A stretch of 64,000 bases of DNA. Origin: a virus. The stretch lies in the IMG/VR virus record IMGVR_UViG_3300034073_000569, positions 1 to 64,000 of that record; one strand, given 5' to 3'. Positions 29,925 through 40,489 of the stretch are shown piece by piece. The notes under the pieces are model-generated. The model saw nothing but the letters and a program-made list of their open reading frames with translations. It ran no database searches and was not told where the DNA came from. How positions within the stretch are numbered: position 1 is the first letter of the stretch; every line of letters begins with the position of its first letter. Both the position numbers and the translations under genes were made by a program.

Positions 29925-32068
29925 TATTTTAATTTAGCTTCTAGTTCTGCAATACGTTTTTCTAATGCTGCAATCTTAAGAGTATGCACATCTGAATAGT
30001 TAACAGTAAGATCATCTTTAGTACCACCTACTAAGTCTTCTGATAAAGATCTAACTTGTTGAGCTGAATAACCATATCTAACAATTTTATTTCCTTTTCT
30101 TGTAAACTTAATAACATCAAGCCCATCAAGAGTTATGTTTGGATTAGTCTCAATTACATCTTTATATCTAATATCTGAAGATTCAAAGAATGCATTAGCT
30201 GTAAGATTACCATTATAATCAAGAGTCATGTAAAGAACATTAGCAAGATTATTGTACCATCTATAGTTTAATGATTGCATAGACATACCAACATTAGCCA
30301 TGTCTATAATTTCAACAGTTCCATTACCTGATAAAGTAGTATTACCATTAAATCTATATTTAGCTACTCGTAAACTATTACTATTAATATAAACAGATTC
30401 TGTATTTCCAGCTACAAGAACCAATTCACCAGAAGAAAAGTTACCAACTAACGCATTAAATCCACCTGTTGGATACATTCTAAAACTTGTAGAATTACTC
30501 CCTCCTGTTGCTTCTAATTGTATATATGGCTCTACTGCAAGAACATGTAATGGTAAGTTATTATTAATATTTCTTGTGTCAATAGTAAGTCTACCGCTCA
30601 TAGAATCACCAGTTCTTACAACCCAACCACCATAATTACCTAAGTTATTTGTAAATTCAGATAAAGCTGTTGGTCTTCCTGATATATTAGTCCAATAAGA
30701 TGTACCACTAAAACTAGATGCAGTTACTGAACCAGGAAATGTAGTATTTCCAGAGCCATCTAAAAGTGTAGCTGTTCTTGTGACTGAACTAAATACACCT
30801 GTATATTGTCTTACATATATAGGTTCACTACCATCATCTGCTGTAGCTATTTCAGCCCATCCTCCATTAGATGCCCCACCAACTCTTATTCTAAAGAAGT
30901 CATTATCAGCCATTTGAGCATAGACTAAATTACCTTCTGAATCAGCAGCTATAGTTTGACTTACAGCTGCAGCTGTTCCAGAAGATGTAATCCATCCTCC
31001 GTAGTTGCCTAGGTCATTTGTAAACTGTGATAATGCAGTTGGTCTACCTGTTATGCTAGTCCATGCTAATGACGTAGTAATAGTATCTGCATCATCTCTC
31101 CATGCAGGATTACCTGATCCGTCTGTCTTCCATACTTTATTAGCTACAGCTCCAGGAGCAGCTACATAACCAGCAACGTTTAGTGAGTTAGCAACCCATG
31201 TATTTGTATCTGTAGATGATAAAACACCATTAACATCTATACTAAGATTAGTTCCTACTTTAATTCCTCCTAATACTGTAGCTGAAGCTATTGGTAGTAC
31301 ATAACTATTACCAGCAGAAAGAACCCCATTAGCATCTATAGATAAGTTTGATCCCACTTTAATACCACCAAGAACTGTTGGACTAGCAATAGGTAAACTA
31401 TAGGTAGGTAATGTCTGCCAAGTTTTATCACCACGCCAGTATTGAGATGTACTACCTGATGCAATAGTTGGTTCTTTACCATCTAATGCTGTTTGTAAAC
31501 CAGTAACATTAGCTATAGTATGGGTATGATTAACCAATGCAAAAGTAGCATCAGATTCCACTTTAGTATAATACAATACTTTCTGTGCTCCCCATACCGG
31601 ATCTGTCTCTATATCTACTGGTGTGTAAGTAAGAGCTGTAGTTACATCAAGTGCTGTAAGTGTTACAGCTCCTGTGCGTGTATTAAAACTACTTACACCA
31701 TTAAACTCATTCTGATACTGTGGAATATTTATTACACCAGTAAGTGCATTATAAGTTGCTGGTCCAGTACTACCTGTAGTAGTAACAGATAAAGCAGCTC
31801 TAGCTCTAGCATTACTAAAGTAAAGGTTTGTCTTTTCCTTTACCATGTCAGTATCATAATCTCCAGGTAAAGCTGTAATAGCACCTTGTCTACCAAATAC
31901 AGAAGTAACATCTGTATTGCTAATAAGTTGACTAGTAGCTACTCTAGATATAATGCCTCCTAACCCTGCTACTAATACATGTGTAGGTGTATTAAGAGTA
32001 ATAGGATAATTACCTGCAGATATACCTGCAGGAAAATATGTATTGCCGTATGAGTCAGTACTAAACAA
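29924..32068 (-). CDS. Tail fibre protein with C-terminal peptidase S74-like intramolecular chaperone
   Basis: Repeated LPIAS..VLGGIKVG.NLSID.NGVLS units; C-terminal SSDIRYKD...GYSAQQV...VNY plus coiled coil. TTG start. Confidence 0.8.
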   Translation of the reverse strand: MFSTDSYGNTYFPAGISAGNYPITLNTPTHVLVAGLGGIISRVATSQLISNTDVTSVFGRQGAITALPGDYDTDMVKEKTNLYFSNARARAALSVTTTGSTGPATYNALTGVINIPQYQNEFNGVSSFNTRTGAVTLTALDVTTALTYTPVDIETDPVWGAQKVLYYTKVESDATFALVNHTHTIANVTGLQTALDGKEPTIASGSTSQYWRGDKTWQTLPTYSLPIASPTVLGGIKVGSNLSIDANGVLSAGNSYVLPIASATVLGGIKVGTNLSIDVNGVLSSTDTNTWVANSLNVAGYVAAPGAVANKVWKTDGSGNPAWRDDADTITTSLAWTSITGRPTALSQFTNDLGNYGGWITSSGTAAAVSQTIAADSEGNLVYAQMADNDFFRIRVGGASNGGWAEIATADDGSEPIYVRQYTGVFSSVTRTATLLDGSGNTTFPGSVTASSFSGTSYWTNISGRPTALSEFTNNLGNYGGWVVRTGDSMSGRLTIDTRNINNNLPLHVLAVEPYIQLEATGGSNSTSFRMYPTGGFNALVGNFSSGELVLVAGNTESVYINSNSLRVAKYRFNGNTTLSGNGTVEIIDMANVGMSMQSLNYRWYNNLANVLYMTLDYNGNLTANAFFESSDIRYKDVIETNPNITLDGLDVIKFTRKGNKIVRYGYSAQQVRSLSEDLVGGTKDDLTVNYSDVHTLKIAALEKRIAELEAKLK

Positions 32069-32076
32069 AGCTTATA

Positions 32077-34641
32077 TTATTTATTCTGTATTAATAAGTC
32101 TAATTTATTCTTAAGATCTTCTATCTGAGCTTGTTGTTCCTTTATGGCTTCTACTAATACTGCTGATACACCATTGTAGTTCATTGCATATCCTTTTTCT
32201 TCATCATATCTAATGAGTTCTGGAATTACAGGTAGCACTTCTTGAGCAATAAATCCTAATTCAAGTCCTTTGTTTTTAGTTCCATCCTCTCCTTTATCTA
32301 TATATTCATATGAAACACCTCTTAACGCTTTTACTTTGTCTAATGAACTTGTTAATGGTTTAATGTCTTTTTTCATACGAGCATCAGAAGCATTATATAA
32401 TCCAACAGTATATAAACCATAAATAAGATATAAGGTATATCCGGCTACAGGAGAGTCACTTCCAATTGCATAAGACGCTGTACTGTTACCGTAATAGAAT
32501 GCCCATTTACCAATACTTTGTCCATAAAGACCAAAATTTCCACTTTGTGACATAAAAAAAGTACGATAACCAGAGTTATCATGTATTCCATATCCGCTCC
32601 AATTGTTTTGCCCAGTTCCATAAGTATGCACATTACCATATGAACCATATGTATCAGCAGATGTTAAACCCCTTCCACCACTACCAAAATAAGCATGATT
32701 TGTATTTAACGTACCTATTGAAATATCTCCATTACCATCTCTTAGCACAATTTGATTTCCTGCATTACCTGATGTAGCATTTATAGTTGCAGAGTTTGCT
32801 TGTCCTGATATAGAAGCCGCTTGTCCTGATATATTAAAATGACCAGTACCGCTTGTAAATCTAGCTGACCATCCAATACCTTCTCTATGAAATCCAAACT
32901 CTGTTTCATTCATCATTAGAGTCATGCCATTACCACCTCCAAAATGAATACCAGTCCATCCATTTTTTGAGCCTTCTACTCTCCAAACTCCATAAGATAA
33001 GTTCTGAGGATAAAAATGAGCATTATTTACAGAAGGACAGTATAGTCCATGTGTACCTGTTAACTGCAACCATGTAGCTACTTGATAATAAGAATTACCA
33101 TTTTTACCAGGAAAATTATCATAGTGATAACCATCTACAGTATCTGCGTTACTTGCTGAAGAAGCAGAACCTGCAGAGTTTGCGTAAGCTACTTGTACAC
33201 CAGATCCATGATTTGTTGTTAACTGCCAGTAAGACCCTGTCCAGTTATTCACAATATAATAATCATTAGGGTGTGAGGTAGCCCACAGTTTAAAAGCTCC
33301 ATCAGCTTTACCACTAATATTAGTCTGGTCTCCCGTATTTGTACCAGAAGATGATCCACTAAAGTTTGCAGCATTCCAATTACCACTATCATCACACCAA
33401 GCTCCCCATGAGCCTGCTTGTGTTAAGAAACCAATACGGTTAGAGTTACAATGAATTTCACGCTGTCCTTCATCACTATCAGACATATAAATGGAACTAG
33501 ATGAACCAGCTCCAGTTACTGTAAGGTATCCGCCAACATTTAAACTACCTGGTGTACTTGTGTTACCAGATCCATCTAATAATGTAAGAGTTCTTGTAAG
33601 AGAACTAAATACACCCGTATACTGTCTAACATATATAGGTTCTGTTCCGTCATCAGCTGTTGCAATTTCAGCAAAACCAGCATTAGATGCTCCTCCTACT
33701 CTAATTCTAAAAAAATCATTATCTCCTATAGTTGCATATACGAGATTTGCCTCTGAACCACCGGCAACTGTTTGACTAATTGCTGCAGCTGTACCAGATG
33801 ATGTTATATATCCACTAGGGTTAGTTGAATTATATGGTGTATATCCAAGAGCCGTTGTTACATTAGCTGATGTAATACCGGTAATATACCCAGATGGGTT
33901 AGTAGAGTTGTACGGAGTATAACCAAGTGCAGTAGTAACCATATTACTTGTAATACCAGTAATGTATCCACTAGGATTAGTAGCATTGTAAGGTGTAAAC
34001 CCTAAAGCTGTTGTTACTTGGCTAGATGTAATACCTGTTAGGTAAGTATTACCATCAACAGATCCGTCTGCTTTAAGGAACTGAGCTGCTGTACCGCCAC
34101 TCTTTATAAAAGAAGCTGCGGTTAGGTTATTAGTAAACTCAGCATTACCAGTAGTATAAATCTTAAATCTTCCTGCTGAGTTAGTAACGTCATATACTGT
34201 AAAGGTACCGTCCGTGTTACTGATAAAGTAATCAGGGTTGTTGTCTGTATCTGTAAAGTAAAGACGCGGATTAACACCAGATAAAGTCAGATCTCCTGTT
34301 AGGGTACCTCCTGTTAAAGCAAGCTTTCCTCCTATAGAAGTAGCAACTGTTGTAGCAAAGTTAGGATCATCTCCCAGGGCTGCTGCCAGTTCATTAAGGG
34401 TATCTAACGTACTCGGAGCTGCATCTACCAGAGCTGCTATAGCTGACGTTACAGAAGCAGAAGTAGCATAAGACAGGCCAGATACATATGTACGCACCCA
34501 TGCTGTAGTAGGTACTTTAGAATTATTATCTCCTGTTCCCGGAGCTATACTCAAAGTAAGACTTGCTGGTAGAACAACGTGTCCATCAGCATCATACTGA
34601 AATACATTAAGTATATGGGAGGTCTTCCTTTGTTTGTTCAT
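32077..34641 (-). CDS. Tail fibre protein with C-terminal peptidase S74 chaperone
   Basis: AAPSTLDTLNELAAALGDD motif; SDARMKKDIKPL...GFIAQEV...AIKEQQAQIEDLK. Confidence 0.85.
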   Translation of the reverse strand: MNKQRKTSHILNVFQYDADGHVVLPASLTLSIAPGTGDNNSKVPTTAWVRTYVSGLSYATSASVTSAIAALVDAAPSTLDTLNELAAALGDDPNFATTVATSIGGKLALTGGTLTGDLTLSGVNPRLYFTDTDNNPDYFISNTDGTFTVYDVTNSAGRFKIYTTGNAEFTNNLTAASFIKSGGTAAQFLKADGSVDGNTYLTGITSSQVTTALGFTPYNATNPSGYITGITSNMVTTALGYTPYNSTNPSGYITGITSANVTTALGYTPYNSTNPSGYITSSGTAAAISQTVAGGSEANLVYATIGDNDFFRIRVGGASNAGFAEIATADDGTEPIYVRQYTGVFSSLTRTLTLLDGSGNTSTPGSLNVGGYLTVTGAGSSSSIYMSDSDEGQREIHCNSNRIGFLTQAGSWGAWCDDSGNWNAANFSGSSSGTNTGDQTNISGKADGAFKLWATSHPNDYYIVNNWTGSYWQLTTNHGSGVQVAYANSAGSASSASNADTVDGYHYDNFPGKNGNSYYQVATWLQLTGTHGLYCPSVNNAHFYPQNLSYGVWRVEGSKNGWTGIHFGGGNGMTLMMNETEFGFHREGIGWSARFTSGTGHFNISGQAASISGQANSATINATSGNAGNQIVLRDGNGDISIGTLNTNHAYFGSGGRGLTSADTYGSYGNVHTYGTGQNNWSGYGIHDNSGYRTFFMSQSGNFGLYGQSIGKWAFYYGNSTASYAIGSDSPVAGYTLYLIYGLYTVGLYNASDARMKKDIKPLTSSLDKVKALRGVSYEYIDKGEDGTKNKGLELGFIAQEVLPVIPELIRYDEEKGYAMNYNGVSAVLVEAIKEQQAQIEDLKNKLDLLIQNK
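33800..34040 (-). repeat. Three tandem 78-bp (26-aa) in-frame repeats
   Basis: GITSxxVTTALG[FY]TPYNxTNPSGYIT repeated three times. Confidence 0.8.
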
Positions 34642-34669
34642 TATCTTTAATTATTATTATTCTATTTTT

Positions 34670-36661
34670 TTAATATGTAGCATATGTTGAATTTATAGAT
34701 ACACTACTATCAGGAACAACAATTGCACTACCATCAGCATTTAACATATGATTTACTCTATAACCAATCCACATTCCGTTTACTTCTGGATTACTTGTAT
34801 AACCTATTGCAATATATCTTCCACCAGCATAGTTTAAATCTACAATATTCATATCACAACCTCCACCTTTATACATACCTGTGATACCAGCAGATCCATT
34901 TGTTGATGAGTAATTTTTCATAATCCAAAAAGAAGACATGTTCCAACATGTATAAGAAGCTGCATTCATATGACCGCTAAGAGAAAATCCAGCTGCATCA
35001 TTTAGATTACAAACAAGCAAATAGTTTCTACTATAAGCAGTATTAAGGTTAGGAGAAAGATTACCTATATATGAGTTACCACTAAATACCCTTGTATTGT
35101 GTTTTATATATCCGTAGAATACAGATGACTGATCTCCTCTAAAATCAACAACATTTACAGGAGCTGCGTTTCCACTTCCACCACCATAAGCTCTAATTCT
35201 TAATGTATTAGTAACTGCGGCTCCAGCTGTTACAGTTGCATCTATACCAATCCATCTATTTATTGAACTAGTTCCACTCTGTAAATCTCCAAAATATCCA
35301 TACTTTATTAAGTTTTCAAAATTTCCATCAACACCAGATGTTGTACAGTATTTAGCTATTTCTCCTTGTACAGATAGCGTAGATGCTGGATTTGTAGTAC
35401 CAACACCAGCATTGCCATAATAAGCATTTAAGTAAGAGTTGCCATTACCAGCTAAGTGTACGTTTGTAGTTCCAGTTGCATATCTTAGTTGAATAAATGC
35501 TCCTACCCCAGAACCACCACCTATTAATACTATATCACCTCCACCTTGAGCACCAACACCTAAATAACTAGCTACCGATAAATTATAAGTAGGACTTGTA
35601 GTACCAATACCTACATTTCCCCCGCTAGCATTAATTATTAAATTGCCATTATTAGGAACTCTTATCATTCCAGCCGTAGCAGAACTTCCGTTTGCATAAT
35701 ATCCTAAAATAACCCCTCTTTTAGCTGAAGTACCTATTTGGTCTACGTGTTCAGAAACGGTAATTTCTCCACTTGTATAAGTTCCATCTCCAAGAACTGA
35801 AAGCCTAGCTCCCGGAGTAGTAGTTCCGATTCCAACGTTACCAGCATTAGTAATTACTAACCTGTCGGCAGTCCCTAAAAGTTCTGGTCCAATTTTAAAT
35901 GTATCTGAATCACTATTATCAATTCCTACATACCAGCTAGCACCAGGTACTCTATATTCAGTAACTGAATCCCCAGTTCCAACGTTTTCAAATTTTATAA
36001 TAGGAGTTGTAGTAGAAGTATTTGCGTAAACTTGAAATAGTCTATTTGTAGGAGTAGTTCCGATTGCTACTGCAGCGTTAAAAGTAGTATCTCCCGAAAA
36101 TATAGTAGCACCAGTAGAAGCTATTGTAAGTCTTGTACTTGTAATACCATTATCTCCATATTGTATTGTTAAATCTCCACCACTGTTTCTAAATCTATAA
36201 TCACCATATCCATCTGCACCCCAAGTTGTATTAGTACCACGCATTAATTCAATATCAGCTATTGGAGTGGTATTTGTAGATGCTTGTACTCTTAATAAAG
36301 CATTACCACTTTCTACAATAAATAAATCACCACTAAACGTAGCACTTGTACCACTTAAAGACCCAGTTAACGTACCTCCACTAAGAGCTAGTTTAGTTGC
36401 AATACTATTAGTTACAGTGGTTGAGAAGTTAGCATCATTACCTAATGCAGCAGCAAGCTCATTTAGAGTATCTAATGCCCCAGGAGCTGCGTTAACCAAG
36501 TTACTTATCTGTGTAGTAACATAGGACTGTGTAGCATAGGTTGCTCCACCACTAGTTAATAAACTACCAGTCACAGTAAGATTAGCTGGTAATACAATAT
36601 TACCACTAGCATCATAACTGATGAGATTTCTTAAAAAGCCTGTATCTTTCGTATTACCCAT
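34670..36661 (-). CDS. Tail fibre protein
   Basis: AAPGALDTLNELAAALGND motif; repeated GNVGIGTTxP units. Confidence 0.8.
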   Translation of the reverse strand: MGNTKDTGFLRNLISYDASGNIVLPANLTVTGSLLTSGGATYATQSYVTTQISNLVNAAPGALDTLNELAAALGNDANFSTTVTNSIATKLALSGGTLTGSLSGTSATFSGDLFIVESGNALLRVQASTNTTPIADIELMRGTNTTWGADGYGDYRFRNSGGDLTIQYGDNGITSTRLTIASTGATIFSGDTTFNAAVAIGTTPTNRLFQVYANTSTTTPIIKFENVGTGDSVTEYRVPGASWYVGIDNSDSDTFKIGPELLGTADRLVITNAGNVGIGTTTPGARLSVLGDGTYTSGEITVSEHVDQIGTSAKRGVILGYYANGSSATAGMIRVPNNGNLIINASGGNVGIGTTSPTYNLSVASYLGVGAQGGGDIVLIGGGSGVGAFIQLRYATGTTNVHLAGNGNSYLNAYYGNAGVGTTNPASTLSVQGEIAKYCTTSGVDGNFENLIKYGYFGDLQSGTSSINRWIGIDATVTAGAAVTNTLRIRAYGGGSGNAAPVNVVDFRGDQSSVFYGYIKHNTRVFSGNSYIGNLSPNLNTAYSRNYLLVCNLNDAAGFSLSGHMNAASYTCWNMSSFWIMKNYSSTNGSAGITGMYKGGGCDMNIVDLNYAGGRYIAIGYTSNPEVNGMWIGYRVNHMLNADGSAIVVPDSSVSINSTYATY

Positions 36662-36696
36662 AATTAGTTATTTTCTACTATCCAAGTTCCGTTTAT

Positions 36697-37056
36697 TTAT
36701 TTATTACTATTAGGTTTTGGATATTTAGCTTTTATTTCTTGACACTTACTAATATAAGCATCTATTTGAGCTTGATTCCCTTTTACAACACCATCAATGT
36801 ATTCTGTAATAGGAGGATACTCAAATTTACGTCTTCTCTGATAATTAGTAGCGTTATACTCTGAAATCAACTCACTTCTTTTTTCTTCAATATCAGCTGG
36901 TAAATCTCCAAAAGGAGTACCATCTAAATTTAAAAGAACATTGTTAACTAAAGCTGCTTTAATTCCGTACTTCTCATTTAGTACAGTTAAGTCATCAATA
37001 TAATCTACATCTAATATTTGATTTTTCTCTATCATGTTGTATATTTTTAAATCCAA
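36697..37056 (-). CDS. Tail-fibre assembly/chaperone-like protein
   Basis: YQRRRKFEYPPITEYIDG...EIKAKYPK C-terminus, typical of small proteins that follow fibre genes. Confidence 0.55.
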   Translation of the reverse strand: MDLKIYNMIEKNQILDVDYIDDLTVLNEKYGIKAALVNNVLLNLDGTPFGDLPADIEEKRSELISEYNATNYQRRRKFEYPPITEYIDGVVKGNQAQIDAYISKCQEIKAKYPKPNSNK

Positions 37057-39374
37057 TACCCTTGAATATATAATGCAAAATAGTGTGTGCCTCCTGAATA
37101 ACCAGATCCTAAATTACAATAAATAGTACCGTTAGCATTTACGTTTATAATACCATTGTGCCAACTACCATAATAATGTGGTCCACCTGATGAACCTGTT
37201 TCAATAGAAGCATCTCCATCATGTTCCATTACAAATGATCCATAGTCAGCTCTGGTAAACGTGTTACTATCATATGGATAGCCACCATTTGTACCTGCCC
37301 AAGGATAAGGAGTTTGATCATTACTAATACCAAACCAAGCCGTAGCATGATCACCTTGACCTTGAGCAGCACCATAGTTTCTAACATGATACCATCCTAC
37401 TACTGAAATGGCTTTTACTCCAGAAGGTAATCCAAGACCAGTTGTTGATATAGTAGTTTGAGTGTTACCGGTGATAGATGTATTCCATCCTATACAAGAT
37501 GTTAATTGAACAAAGGTTAATCCTTTATAGTTTTGACCATGTCTTACATCAAAACCAAAATACACAGTACCATCTTGCTTTATATTCATGGCGTTACCTC
37601 CCCATCCTGGTATTCCTCCACCTGTTAAACCTTTTCTAGCAAAGCCAAAGCCATTTGGGAAGTTACCATCTGTAGAAGTGATTCTACCAGTAAACCACAT
37701 ACCATCAGCTTGACTATCTGCTGCAATTGGATAATATATACCAGCATAACCATTGGCAGTTGAAGGATTTATATAAATACCTTCACTCCAAGAATTACCT
37801 CCTGATGTAAAAGATGCTACTGGAGTTGTACCACTACCTCCAACTACATCTAAACGGTGTGTAGGATCATTTGTACCAAATCCTACATTAGAAAGAAAAT
37901 AAGAAGATGTTCCAGCATAACCTGATAGTCTTGTAACAATATTATCAGCTCCAGTTCTTAATTCTAAATATCCATCTGCTCCAGATTGATACACTCTAAA
38001 TAATTTTGCAGAGCCTCCACTATATCTACCTACAAATAAATCATTACCATCAGCAGCTGCTTTAACTTCAGAATATGAGCTAAAAATACTACCATAAGTT
38101 GTCGCACTACCATTTTTAGTCATAGCAAATGAACTAGATGGTGATGATAGTCCTGATGAAATATAACCACTTAAAGGTGACCATTGTAATCCATTATGAC
38201 CATATGACTCACAATATACTGCTATAGATTGTTCACCGCCTACCCAAAACCCACTCACATAACCTTCAAGATAAGTATAATCACTATCTGTTGTAACTCT
38301 ATAACTACTAAAAGGTGTACTTAAATAGCTTTCAACTTTACTAACATGTATTGTGTTAACCCAATCTTTATATCCAAATATAACATCTTGAGCTGGACTT
38401 AAGTAATTACCTGTTGCTGCTATAGTAATTTTAAAAGCACCTCTTGGTCCATAACCACCAGCATTTTGATTACTTCTTGCTAATTTATACCAACCAGTAT
38501 AAGTAGTACTACCTTGAAAAGAAGGTCCGCCAGAGTTAATTTGAGCATAGTCGCCACCATTTCTTCCATCTAATAAATCAGCATCTAAACCACTTCCACT
38601 ACCATCATTATTATCTCTCCAAATAGTACCACCTGCATATGTTAAAGTATTAGTATCTATAACAAGATTATTTCCACCACTTCTGCCTATTGATATTGCA
38701 CCACCATATGAAACCATATATAATGGCCTACCTCCTGATTCTATTCTACAATTTGATCCATCCCAAAGACCAATTGTCATTCCATTACTACCACCATCGT
38801 TAATAGCTATTCTTGCTCCTGAATACGTTAATGTTAACTGACCAGTAAGAGTACCACCAGTTAATGGTAAAGCATAAGAACCAATATTAGCTTCAGTTAA
38901 TACAATCTTATACGCAGAACCATTATATAGAGCCAATGAACCGATTCCAATTGTAGCATCTGATGTTATAGCTGTAGCATAAATTCTTAACTGATTTGCT
39001 GGTTGATTATAGTATATTCTAGCTGAGCCAGAAGATGCTGCTCCATGATATAATGCTAAATCTACACTATCAGTATTTAATAAATTAAGTCTACCAGTAA
39101 GACTACCCCCAGATAAAGCTAACTTAGATGCTATACTATTTGTAACTGTAGTAGCAAATGAAGCATCATTATTAAGAGCAGTAGATAACTCAGCTAGAGT
39201 ATCCAGAGCAGTCGGTGCTGCATTGACTAGATTAGATATAGCAGTATTTACATATGTTTGAGTAGCTGCTTGTGCACCACCAGGCATAATAAGATTACCG
39301 GTCATGACAATATCACCACTTCCATTAACGGAAATGTAGTTTATTAACTCAGCTATCTGTGTATTTTTTCCCAT
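37047..39374 (-). CDS. Tail fibre protein
   Basis: AAPTALDTLAELSTALNND, NDGSGSGLDADLLDG and GWYKLA motifs. Confidence 0.8.
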   Translation of the reverse strand: MGKNTQIAELINYISVNGSGDIVMTGNLIMPGGAQAATQTYVNTAISNLVNAAPTALDTLAELSTALNNDASFATTVTNSIASKLALSGGSLTGRLNLLNTDSVDLALYHGAASSGSARIYYNQPANQLRIYATAITSDATIGIGSLALYNGSAYKIVLTEANIGSYALPLTGGTLTGQLTLTYSGARIAINDGGSNGMTIGLWDGSNCRIESGGRPLYMVSYGGAISIGRSGGNNLVIDTNTLTYAGGTIWRDNNDGSGSGLDADLLDGRNGGDYAQINSGGPSFQGSTTYTGWYKLARSNQNAGGYGPRGAFKITIAATGNYLSPAQDVIFGYKDWVNTIHVSKVESYLSTPFSSYRVTTDSDYTYLEGYVSGFWVGGEQSIAVYCESYGHNGLQWSPLSGYISSGLSSPSSSFAMTKNGSATTYGSIFSSYSEVKAAADGNDLFVGRYSGGSAKLFRVYQSGADGYLELRTGADNIVTRLSGYAGTSSYFLSNVGFGTNDPTHRLDVVGGSGTTPVASFTSGGNSWSEGIYINPSTANGYAGIYYPIAADSQADGMWFTGRITSTDGNFPNGFGFARKGLTGGGIPGWGGNAMNIKQDGTVYFGFDVRHGQNYKGLTFVQLTSCIGWNTSITGNTQTTISTTGLGLPSGVKAISVVGWYHVRNYGAAQGQGDHATAWFGISNDQTPYPWAGTNGGYPYDSNTFTRADYGSFVMEHDGDASIETGSSGGPHYYGSWHNGIINVNANGTIYCNLGSGYSGGTHYFALYIQGYWI

Positions 39375-39400
39375 TTGCTATATTAATCTTAATGTTTTAT

Positions 39401-39763
39401 TTACGGTACTACAATATCAAGACTACCATTCCAAGGATCTGGAGACTCTTGATTAGACCAAGCTCTAACTGCATTTATAAAGTTACTCATCTTTAATAAC
39501 TCTTGCTCATTTCCTTCTCTTAATACATTAGACTGTTTCCAAGACGGGTAGTACTTATAGATATGTTCTTGTGCAAAGTTATTAATTTCAGACTGTTCCC
39601 ATATAATATAAAGCTCTTCATCTGTTTTTGTATGAACTAATACCGGAGGATCTTGTGTAAAGTCATACACCTGTTTAAGTTTTAAGAAGTCTTCTTTACA
39701 AGAAATTCCCTTGTTTTCTTTTGGTCCATCCCAAACACAGTTTCCGTATTCTATAATTTTCAT
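39401..39763 (-). CDS. Tail-fibre assembly-like small protein
   Basis: AQEHIYKYYPSWKQSN...FINAVRAWSN; lies within the fibre cluster. Confidence 0.45.
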   Translation of the reverse strand: MKIIEYGNCVWDGPKENKGISCKEDFLKLKQVYDFTQDPPVLVHTKTDEELYIIWEQSEINNFAQEHIYKYYPSWKQSNVLREGNEQELLKMSNFINAVRAWSNQESPDPWNGSLDIVVP

Positions 39764-39774
39764 ATCTATATGTT

Positions 39775-40488
39775 TTAAACTCCTGATGTACCTAATTTAC
39801 CATGAAGAATATATACCATATCTACAATTCTTACTCTGCTACGTGCATCAGTATCACCTCCCCAATTTATTATACGTAATGTATCTGAACTACCAAAAAG
39901 TCCAGGTGAATAGTTTGCTAAACAATACCATCCACCATATGATCCACCACCATAATATTGCCCACTTATTTTTAAATTTGCAAAACTATTTAAACTATTA
40001 TTGCCATCTAATGTTCTTGGCTCAGTATAATTAGGAGTTGGAGCACCAGTTCTTATGTACGCATGATATGCACCAGCTTGATTATGTAACATAGCAATAT
40101 GAGCATATGAATAATCTTCACCAGGATGTGGACTATCACCAACACCTATTTGTGCCCATAGGGAAACTCTACCTATATCACTAATGGCCGTACCGTTACC
40201 TGTTCTTCTTCCATAATTTGAATCATGAACTTTATTATACCAACTATCATGATGTGGAAACATTGGTAAACTTATATCAACATAAGCATTTCCCCCTGAA
40301 GCTGCTCCAGGAGCATAATCATCTGATGAATCAAATAAAGCAGTATGAGCTGTTGAATCATTATACCTTGGATTTATAGTAATAGTACCAATATTAGTTG
40401 CACTATGTTGTACAATAGGTATTGGTATTTGCATAAAACCATGAGGTAAACCTGATGCAGTTAATACGGCTGATGTTCTTATTGGCAT
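39775..40488 (-). CDS. Hypothetical protein, possible fibre tip/receptor-binding domain
   Basis: 237 aa Gly/Tyr/His-rich beta protein directly after the long fibre gene. Confidence 0.45.
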   Translation of the reverse strand: MPIRTSAVLTASGLPHGFMQIPIPIVQHSATNIGTITINPRYNDSTAHTALFDSSDDYAPGAASGGNAYVDISLPMFPHHDSWYNKVHDSNYGRRTGNGTAISDIGRVSLWAQIGVGDSPHPGEDYSYAHIAMLHNQAGAYHAYIRTGAPTPNYTEPRTLDGNNSLNSFANLKISGQYYGGGSYGGWYCLANYSPGLFGSSDTLRIINWGGDTDARSRVRIVDMVYILHGKLGTSGV

Positions 40489-40489
40489 G

